64,000 bases of DNA from Auanema rhodensis (taxonomy: Eukaryota > Animalia > Nematoda). The notes under the pieces are model-generated. The model was given only the letters and a program-made list of their open reading frames with translations. It was not told the DNA's origin and ran no database searches. Made by a program: the position numbers and the translations under genes. Location of the stretch: positions 16,740,001-16,804,000 of the forward strand of contig OZ059895.1 of the NCBI GenBank assembly GCA_964057225.1, read 5' to 3'. Of the stretch, positions 53,671-64,000 are shown in pieces. The stretch's first letter is position 1; the number at the start of each line of letters is the position of its first letter.

Positions 53671-55633
53671 AACAATATTTTTTAAAATTAATTTAATTTA
53701 TATGATATAGTTTATGAATAAATGTTTTCTTTTCTTTCAAAATATTGATTTGTTTTTCATTCTTTTCACTCAAATATAGCTCTTCCAACTGCTATGACTG
53801 AATTGCCTATGTTGCGTAGTTGATTTTTAAAAAAAAAAAAAACATGAAATGAGAAACATGTTGACGTTTGCTGTCTAGACTTTGCAATTGAGTTCTTGTT
53901 ATAATTGGAAAGAAAACAGATAAACATACACATAGACTATGTATATCTGCAGCAACTGAGCACATATGTAAAAGCTGATCGAGATCTATCTTTGCTCTCT
54001 GTTTCTATTTCTTTTAATTAGAAAGAACAACAATGAAATCACGTTACTTTTACATGAAAAAGGTTTGACTAGCCTTGGAGCAATAGGCTGATAGAGAGCT
54101 TATTCTCTCTCGCCCACCAATCCAGACATCAAAAATACAACGATTCATTCAAATATTATATATTATAACATATAGTTTATGTGTAAAGATGATCATTGAA
54201 ATATCATTAGAAAGATAACTTAGTACATGCACGTATCATGTGAAAACTGCTTGATCAGCTTTGAATTCAAAAAGTTTCTTGAGATAAGTTAAAATGAACT
54301 TGAAACTATGGAATATCACATAGATTAAGCTAACAAAAAGAATATAAAATATCCCATTAATATCTATATATATGGGATTTATTTGAAGATTTTCCTATAA
54401 ACAAAGATTTGATGAGAAGGTCATAGCTAGCCATCATGGGACAAGCTCTTTCCCATGCTTTGACAACTTATTAAAAACATTTTCAGTTCAACTCCGATAT
54501 ATTAAAGAAAGTAAAAGGCAATTGCTGACATCACATGCTGGTAACACATGAGAAAGGGTTACAAGCTTACAACTTAGTCGACCAATGCTCATGAAAAGGT
54601 ATAAGAGAGCTAATGCTTAGACACATCTGACGTATGAATAACCCTGTGAATTGAACATATTTTACAGATTACAACTAGTATCTCTCATTTGTATTTTGAT
54701 ATTTGATGTTGTTGCTCCGATGAGGAAGATCGATAAGTAAACCTATTTTCAGTGATCTCCTCTAGCCGCCAAACAAGGGTATATAAGACCCGACGTTTCG
54801 ATTATTTGTGACTATTTGGTTGAATTATGAGGGAATAGCTTACATTAAAGTTAACTAAGAACTCGAGCTCGCTGGCTATAAGAACACGAAAGCGACGTGT
54901 ATCAGTGGAATCCAGATTCGAGAACAACCTCTGATATAGCTTGGATACAACCGCTCATCTCAACTACAATTCTCAAAATGAGATTATCATCCTCGTTGAT
55001 TTTTCAATTTTAAAAATCCAAGAAACTTGATTCATCTAAAGATTTTCGATTCATGTTGGTCTCCAGCGGAGAGCGTTCCAAAATTTAATTCAAACACAGA
55101 ATGTTTCTGGTTGAATCAGGGAAGTACCTCAGCTATTATGTAGACATTTGGTTCTTTTTTTCTGGTTCTTCTATCACATTTTTTGAAGGATTGTTATAGT
55201 CTGATGTTACTGGTCTAAGAACTCTGAGTAACAGTCCATCTAGAAACTGATTACTTCGTTGCAACCGTGTTGACGTTTCAGACTCCCTCCTAAGATCTCA
55301 AAGTGATCTGATAATCCGTTATCACGGAATCGAAGAACAATACTTCGTATATAAGCAAGAAGGCCTATTCGCCAGTAGTTACCACTGAAGAAAGTAAACG
55401 TCGTGCTACAATCAATATGAAACATGAATAGACAACGAACTATTCAACAATGTTTTATCTCTTTATTGAAATATTTACAGTTGAACTAATCATGCTGATA
55501 ACAAGCTGTAACTAAGCTAAATGAATAGTTAGCGTATCAAGATCTTATACATAAGCTTAAATTAACCTTATATCGTGCTAAAACTATTGAATGGTGTGAG
55601 AAAATGTTTAAACTACTGCAAGGTAAAAGCAAC

Positions 55634-55745
55634 CGATTATCTGCATATTCAACTAAAAATGAAAAGAGAATTGTACTTGGAATTTACGTGAGAACCATCC
55701 ACAACGATGGTACAGAGAGAAGGAAAGAAAGAGAGAGAGAGAAGG

Positions 55746-55785
<40 letters not shown>

Positions 55786-56010
55786 GGGAGAGAGAGAGAA
55801 AGAGAGGGAGAGGGAGAATTTCAAAGAAAGAGGGGAGAGAGAATTAAAAAGAGAGAGAACGATTATCTACATACTCAATTAAAAATGAAAAGTAAATCGT
55901 ACTTGGAATTTACGTGAGAATCATCCACAACGATAGTTTAATACAGAGAGGTAGATAGAGGGAGAGAGAAAGAGAGAGACAGAGACAGAGAGGGAGAGAG
56001 AGAGAGAGAA
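55634..56010. repeat. Imperfect tandem duplication (~226 nt period): ~75 nt unique module followed by a GA-rich run
   Basis: cgattatctRcataYtcaaYtaaaaatgaaaag...[36 protein letters not shown] occurs at 55634 and 55860. Confidence 0.85.
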
Positions 56011-57846
56011 AGTAGAGACAAATAGTACTATACATGTATGTTGTAGTTACAGCTTCAGCTTTGCATAATTCACAAAATTTTCAAAAAAAAAAAACAATTA
56101 AAGCTTCAATCAGTCAATCACAGAAACATGAAATTCAGAAGAGGAGAAAACAATAATATTAGTTGATGACGAAATACATTTGCAAACATATGTATATCGA
56201 AGTATCAGAATAAAACGATTATTGTTGTTATTTATTTAAAAAAATAATAAATATTTCTGAATAATGTAAATAAAATAATAAAATAAATAAAGATATTCTT
56301 AACTATATGTTTCGTATTTATATAGAATATTTCATTAATTGTAAGGCTGTGTAGTTAGAAGAATGAAGAACCAACTTAAAAATATTAAAATATGAATGAG
56401 AATTAGATTTGCATCTACATAACAGGTTTGTTCATAAGCATAAACAACCTTTTTTTAAATTTTTAATATTAATTATTTAATAATTAATATTTAATAATAA
56501 TAATATTTATAAGATGCTTAATTATAAGTAAAAAATGCTTTTACAATAAGTTTTTATTGCGTGATTTGTGATTGAGATTGGTAAGAAGCAGCCTGATTAA
56601 TACACATATTAGATTATATCATATAGTATATAGTATAGAGAATATAGTATATATATATATTGTTGTTTTTCATGAAATAATGATGATGCAATATTAAAAA
56701 TTATAAAAAAAAATAATTTTATTAAATACGAGATACAATCTGTTAATAGCTTGTTATTGTAAAGCCCTATTCGTGCAGAATCAAATATATTAAATATGAA
56801 TTTAACAAACAAAATGAAGACTTGAAAGGATGGTAGAGAGAAAGGGAAATCGAGTGATGTGGACGGGATCAAAGTAAAGGTATAGCATATAGTTTAGAGG
56901 AGGGGGGGGGGGAAGGGGAGGCGGAGAGTTGCCGGAAGACGGTATGATGACGAGCGAGAGGGGACATAGGAAAGATGAAAACGAAGTTATATTACTTCGA
57001 AGTAGATTGGCATAATTTGAAAATAAAACATAAACAAAAAAAAAACAAAAAAGAATGTTATCTGAAGAAGATGATCACAAACGTACCGGGTGGTTTGGTG
57101 TGTGGCTCTGTTTTTGGATGTAAATTGCCAGTTCAGGGTAAAGATGATGACGAAAAGTAGCAGATTATGGGCTAGGAGAAGGAGTTGTTGGGGGGGGGGA
57201 GATGTGGGGAGAGGGTGCTTGAAGGGAAGAAAGAAACAGAAGTATAAGAGCGAAAGATCGGCATTGGTTGCTGTCACAGCTACACGATTTTGCCAGTTTT
57301 GAAATGAAAAATTGAGTCTCAAAGACAAGAGATAGTAACTGTATATACGGAAGAGAGAATAATAAAAGAAACTTATAAAAACAAATAAAACTATGAAATA
57401 AGAATGAAAAGGAGTGAAAATGATTGGCCGAAATTGGCTAGGAAATTCTGTCAATAGCATGCTCAGCACGATAACTCTGATAGTTAGAGACTGTTATTTA
57501 ACTTCTTAATTCATCTGATAAATATCTAGCTATGTCATTATTATATAGTATATATATATATATATATAGATATATATGAACAAATCAGAAAAATCATCAT
57601 AATTGTGCTGATGAGAAAGAGAGAGAGGGAGGGAGTATATGGGGTAGGAGGGAGAAAGATGGGCTAACGAGGGGAGCGGGCAGGGAGCAGGAGAAAAGGG
57701 TGGTGGTGATGGTGCTGCCAATTTTTAAAATTGAAATATAATATAATGTATGAAACAGTTAATAATAGAAATGAAAAAATATATAAAACAATAGGAAGAT
57801 GAAAAATAATAGATTTTGACACATCTGATAGCTATAGCCACCGGCT

Positions 57847-60800
57847 TCACGAGAATAGGCTCAACTCGGGCATGGATGTAATGCGCTTCGTCTGATGTTC
57901 CAATGACGTGATGTGATTCTGATAGTCACGTTGGCTGCCGTATTTCTGATCACACAGATTACAGCTGTAGTGTGTCTGAATGAGCGTGAAGACGACGGTA
58001 CCCGGGCAAAATTGGCGCTGATGCGATTTGAGCTGCGACTCCATCTGGAAGACGTTCGAGCATGTAGGACATCCCCAGCCGACCTGTAAGCAAATTATAT
58101 AATATTTTAAGATTATAGGCATCAAGCTTGCAGATTAATGTTAGTTACAAGCTGAAATATTAAACGAAACGTAAGCTTACCTCAACATCATCGCTGACGA
58201 GCCATTTGCTGTCTTCCGTGGAAATAGTGTCACGGAGGCCATCAACGGTTTCGCCATCATGTGTGAATCGGGTTGATGTCAAGCCTGCAGCCATATCGGA
58301 TTTGATCTGCTCCTTAACGCTGTCAGGGATTTGAAGCAAGTTGATAGGAACTCCGAAGAGTGCTTGATCAAAGACAATCGGTAAGGCTGTAATAAGTTAC
58401 AAGTTAGATGAGCATTGAGAAAATGTTTGCTGTTACCTGCTCCTGGCATCATTAGGTTGAATGGGAAGCCGTTAAGCGGTAAATTGGACATTTGCGATGA
58501 CTTTGGCAATTTAGGGAACGATGAGCTGCTCTTTAAGCTCTTCTCTGATGATGTTGAATTAGTGCCGTTGCCATTCTCATTGGAGACTTCAGATCCTAAT
58601 TCATTCTTAGAAGAAGCTTTGATGACAGCTAGATGAGTGGCACTAAAAATCAAATTAAGCCATTAGTAGGCTATTGCTTGATGAAATAATTTACCTAAAC
58701 AGATGATCCTGCATCGTTGTTCGTCCACCGTACTCCACGTTACACAACTCGCACGAACGAGCTGTATTCCGGAAGACGTCGTCGTCACCGTTTGATGCAC
58801 GATTTTTGCGTTCTTTTGCTCGAGCATTTTGGAACCAAACTTGAACGACTCGCTTATGCAAGCCAATCTCACGGCCAAGTGTATCGCATTCAGTCATGGA
58901 GGGGGTCTTATAATCAGTAAAAATACATTTCATGACCTAAAAAATGATAATATATTTCATCATCTGATGCAAATGATGACGTACATGAACTTGAAGCGGT
59001 GTCAGATGTGTACGGTACCGCTTGCAGTTGGCTGGTGATCGTGATGCAGATGGATGTGAGCCGCTAGCTGCTGATGACAGAAAGTTGGAGAAGCTGGTGT
59101 CATCGACGTAGTCGTTGGTTTCATCGCCATCGCTTTGATTTAGAAACGGCGACATGGATAACGATTCACGGCTGCAACGAGATATGATTAGAAGGATCAG
59201 CAGAAGGAGAAAGACGAGGTTAACGATGCAATGAAGCTTCATTACAAGGGGAGGGGACGGGTTGGATGTAATTCAGAAATAATATCTGAGATGATGACAA
59301 GCATACTACAACTTACTCTTGAGCAGATGAAATAAAATCATTATTAGCATCAGATGAATTGTTGCTACCGGATAACAGGGGCACGTCTTCGGCTTCAGGG
59401 AGCTGATCAACGTCAACAGGTTGGAATATAGCTTGCTGAGCATGTCGATTACCGATATGCTCAATCATTGACTGAAATAGAGAAAAAGATGTTAGTAAAC
59501 TGATAAAGTGATAGCTGAACATACGTTCTTGTTACGGAACAATAAGGCACAAAATGGACAGCGTTTATTAAAATTAGATGAGGCAGGAGGAGGTGGTGAC
59601 GAGGTAGTTGGAGTAGATGAACTGGCAAAATTTGACTGATTAGCTGATTCACACTGCAAAATCTTGAGATGATGGATCGGAATCATCCGTAAATCCGGCT
59701 ACCATCTTGAGCAATGCTTCAGTGCTGGATTTGGAGCCGCCGAGCAGCTTCATAATGTCAGCTGGCTTGGCAGTTTCAGCTAGAGCTGATATAGTTGTTT
59801 GCTGGACGAGCTGAGCTTTCTCATCATCCGTGAGCGTCTCTTCAACTCCCTAAAATGCGATGAATGAGCATGTTAGAGCAGAAGTTGAGCATATAACATG
59901 ATAGCCAACGAGTGTAGAAACATGTGATTCGTACACAGCTACTGTGATGACCAGCATGTTAGCAGCATATTCAACAAACCTTATTATCGTTGGCTAATGC
60001 TATACCGTCATCCTTATAACAGGCTTTCTGTTGATGCTGAATTAACTCATAATATCGTTGAAAAACTAGATTACATCTGTAAATGAATGAATTGAGTTGG
60101 GATGCGATGAAGCTTCACTTGTTACTGTACCTTTTACATTGAAAGTTACATCCGGGTGTGCGGACAAATCGATCGCTGTTCTCATGATTTGGCTGATTTT
60201 CATAAATTTTTCTGGCCTGAAAGCAAATTTTAGTCAAAAAACCTCTAAAAATAGCTTATACCTTCTGACGAGCATTCTGGAACCAGACTACTATAACTCG
60301 TGGACTTAGCTGAAGCTTCTTGCTCAACACTTCGAGATCATCGTCTTTGGGATAAGCTTGCTTATCGAAAAATTGTTGCAAAGTTCGAAGCTGGTAATCC
60401 GTAAAGCGTGTTCGGTTAGCTCTTCTACCAGTTGGAGCTGACGTCGATATTTGCCCTGAAGCGAAAGAAAGCAAATTAATTACATGGATGAACCATTTAT
60501 CGTACCATGCATTTGTTGCTCCATGAACTGGAACGGATTCGTTCCTGCGGCTGCTGCAGCAGCGGCTGCTTGCTGCATCTGCTGCATCATGGCTTGAAGA
60601 TTGAGCGGTACTCCAGATGCGGAACTGGCGCTGGCGCTGCTGGGCGCTGATGCGGCGGCTGCTTGTGCTGCAAGAGCTTGAGCAGCAGCAGCAGCAGCAG
60701 CAGCGGCGGCAGCGGCAGCCGTAGCACTAGCTGATTCCGGCATCTGTGAGCCGGACGAGCTGGAGGAGTTGACACCGGACGCAGCTGAGCTTTGTCCCGA

Positions 60801-61566
60801 GCTGGCACCAGATCCCGAAAGCTGTGACGCTGCTGCGCCACCACTGGAAGAAGGCTGCTTCTTAGCCTCGTCGTCAGAAGAGTCCGACTTCAAGCCAATT
60901 TTCTGCTGAAAAGTTAATATAAATGAAATGAATTGAGAAAAGTTTTGAAGAAAGTCAATTCAGCGAATTTATTTCAGATTTTTGTGCTCCAACATGTGCT
61001 ATGAAATCATGCTTCTTAAGTAATAAATGGGAAAAAACAGAACAAATACACATCAAGCTAGAACATGAATACAGGGAATGCAGCAGAAACAGCTGTAGCT
61101 AATAGTAATGATAGTTATATCTATAGATGTAATATATAATATGAAAAGCTGAAGACGATAGTAAAAAGGAAATGTTTGAGGAAATGAATGAAAATGGCAG
61201 AAGGACTTGAGAATGAGTAGCGAAGCCATTTTCATAAGTAAAAACAATCGAATACAACCAAATGTAAAAAGGTGAGAGGAAAAAATAGATGAAGAAGAAG
61301 AGAAAGATAAAGAAAATTAGAGAGAGAAAGTGTGAAAAAAGAGAAAAAGAGAGGAAGAGAGAGAGAGAGGTAAGGAGAGGGGGAGTAAGATGCAAGCTGC
61401 TTATTCCTTTAAGGGTTCCGGACACCACCTGGTCATATTAATAATGATCTTATGCTACTCCTAATAAGGATCTGTTTACTAATTGGCTCAGTCCAGCTGT
61501 CCGCTTCTACTCTCCGTCTTCTACCTTTCTCTTTTCCCTTCCATCTTTTAGCTTATTTCTCTTTCT

Positions 61567-61613
<47 letters not shown>

Positions 61614-62709
61614 ATCAATTCTTTCAAACTATTTAAAAAAAAATTTGTCTTTCTCGCCTTGTAGCTTATGAACGTCATCATTCTGTTGAATATGCAAACT
61701 GTATGAGCAAAATACATAATAAACTATATGTATTTTCATTTTTATATGAAAATCACACATAGAATATATAAATTGAGATTAAACTATAAGAATAGTATTT
61801 TGAACAGGATGATATACAGTCTCTGATTTACGGCATTAATGCTGGACTAAACCAAAAATTGGATAGCGAAATGAAGAGGATGACGAGGACACGAGGACGA
61901 CTGATCTGAGAGAAGAGAAAAGGATTATAGACATAATAAATTAGGATAATAATAATATGATTATTATTATTATTTTACTAATTATATCATATAAACAATG
62001 AGAAAGATGAGTTAAATATAGGGAAAAATGAAGTAAATTGAATGAAATTTGATCGCAAGTTGAGAATAAAACAATAAAAGAGACGTGGAGAGAGAGCGCA
62101 CTAAGAAGAGAAAAATGGAAACAAATGGAGAGGTAAAGTGGAGGGAAATACGACATTCATCTCATTTAAGAATATAATAAATTGATAATGAAATATAATA
62201 TAGCATATAGTATATAGGTTTCAGAATAAAATAGAAATATCTATATATCTATATCCATATTTGATAATTAACCATGTACGTTGTACTGAATGAATTTCAA
62301 TGACCCTCGACCTGTGTACCATACTAGCTCATGACCAAGCATTATTGATGAAACATGCTTAGGTTATGAGGATATACAGGATTGGACAAATGAATTACAA
62401 GCAGAGAAAAGAAGAGAGAGATAGAGAGAGAGAATGGATGGGAGAGGATGAATGATTGAAAGAGCAGAAGATCTGAATAGATGAAGTAGGGGGAAAGGTT
62501 CGACCAAGAGAAATGAGAAGAGAGAAAAGGAGAGAGGGAGGGAGCTAGGGTAAGCCGCTACTCTAAGAAGGGAAAATTTGATTGAAAGGTAAGAGGTGAC
62601 ATAGTGGTTAAAGATCTAATAACATATTGAACATGTATCAGATAAATATTAATAATATAGAAAAATAATAATTTTCATTCATAATACCTTATAAGGACAA
62701 CAACTAATG

Positions 62710-62760
<51 letters not shown>

Positions 62761-63186
62761 AACACTAGTAGATTGAAATCGCAGTTATATCTGAGATTGA
62801 AGCCATTCATTAGTTAGTAGCTGAATGAGGAACAACTTGAAATGCTCAGGTAAATCATCATCAGACGGTAATATGTAGATGGACGATTGACACTGTTCGT
62901 TCGTCTGCGTCATAGCACACAAAGTACACACATACTTCATTCACTTCATACGAGCATAAGGTGCAAAGCACAATTATTCATGAATTTGTTGTTTTTTTTT
63001 CAAATAGTAAGCACAAAATGAGCGACAACATGGAAGCATACAGCGATTTTGGAGGTAAAAGCAACTGACCAGATTGGATAATGGCAGTATCTTAGCTTCG
63101 CCGGTCTTCTCATACGTGTCCAGATCAATGGCCATTTGAGGTGGCACACTGAAGTTGTACGGTGAATCCTTGTCACGTTGACGTTC
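57847..63186 (-). CDS. zfh-2: Zinc-finger homeobox protein ZFH-2 (ZFHX3/4 ortholog), 3' portion; 5' part lies beyond the window
   Basis: Post-homeodomain [16 protein letters not shown]. Homeodomain [32 protein letters not shown]...[12 protein letters not shown] and homeodomain [16 protein letters not shown]...[15 protein letters not shown]2H2 fingers CPFC..H..H, CELC..H..H, CPTC..HQRQFC and CNLC..H..H. Confidence 0.95.
62714..62759. repeat. (GA)n microsatellite in zfh-2 intron
   Basis: Near-perfect GA run. Confidence 0.9.
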
Positions 63187-63929
63187 CTGCAACAAAGCCA
63201 GATAGGTAAGTGAGATTGAAGAATCGCGTCCTCTACAGAGCATGTGTATGTGTCTGTGTCTGTGTGTGCGTGTGTCTGTGTGCATGTGTGTGTGTGTGTG
63301 TGTGCTATGTTCAGATGAACAACCAGGTTGGCTCACCATTAGAAACATTGCAACTACCACTTTTAGCTTTATCACCATCACAGTAGCAATAGCAATAGCA
63401 ACAGTAGCAGTAGCAGTAGAAGAAGCCAATGATGCCACAGAAACTAAGAGAGATAGATAGATAGAGAGAGAGAGAGATAGCGAGAGAGAAAGAGAGGTTG
63501 AAAGAGCAAAATACATAGAATGAAATTTGAAAATAAGCGAGAAACAAGAGAATATAATAAAAGTTGTTTCATTGAATGAGTGTGAACAAGCGATTGAACT
63601 AATGTGCTAAATGAACTATTCAGGGAGTATGCTGCAGCTTCAAGTTGGTACCAACACCAAGAGAGAAAGAGAAAAGGGTAAATGAGTGAGGGGAGGAGAG
63701 GAGGCCTTCATGAATTCATTTATTCATATTCAAAGTTACATATGAATGTTTAAATTATAAATCGAATCATTATATGAATATTTCATTACAAATTGAAGCT
63801 ATTTTAATTGCTCTGGGTCAATCTGATATCCATTTCTAGTTTTCGTGTCCAGCTTTCTCATCTCCCGCCTACTCTTTGCGCATACTTCATCATTGAATCT
63901 CTGCTTAAAGCCAAATGTTTCAGGTTGCT

Positions 63930-63932
<3 letters not shown>

Positions 63933-63980
<48 letters not shown>

Positions 63981-64000
63981 TCTCTCTCTCTCACTCTCTC
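63933..64000. repeat. (CT)n microsatellite
   Basis: Near-perfect CT run to the window end. Confidence 0.9.

Noticed and set aside
54400-55430. Higher-complexity stretch with several acceptor-like sites and a 61-aa minus-strand ORF
   Set aside because: No stop-free spliced model could be built on either strand; it may be a pseudogene, lncRNA or TE remnant and needs BLAST or RNA data.

Overview
AT-rich nematode (rhabditid-like) genomic DNA with many ~45-50 nt introns and TTTCAG/TTTAG acceptors, so the ORF track shows only exon fragments. Gene models were spliced by hand. On the + strand: the 3' end of an unidentified gene (1-325), a NEDD4-family C2-3xWW-HECT ligase (4717-8523), spd-2/CEP192 (9239-12673), dip-2 (17751-31957, with candidate alternative first and cassette exons), a divergent Na/K(H/K)-type P-ATPase resembling catp-1 (~38513-47628) and two tandem srx/srxa-like chemoreceptors (48973-50862, 52274-53670). 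On the - strand: the 3' half of zfh-2 (57847-63186, continuing beyond the window). Two multi-exon genes not recovered by the ORF track lie antisense inside introns: a ~112 aa Lys-rich membrane-anchored protein in dip-2, and a ~320 aa four-TM protein in the ATPase. The ATPase keeps its phospho-Asp but has lost several catalytic and ion-binding residues (TGES>TGLN, PEGL>PQGL, GDGVND>GGGVND), suggesting a pseudo-pump. Other oddities: two AG|GCT donors, a probable GT-GG intron in spd-2, a 115-bp gene-conversion-like tract between the receptor paralogs, and an abrupt switch to microsatellite-rich DNA at ~32.7 kb. All gene names come from motif recognition, not from database searches.
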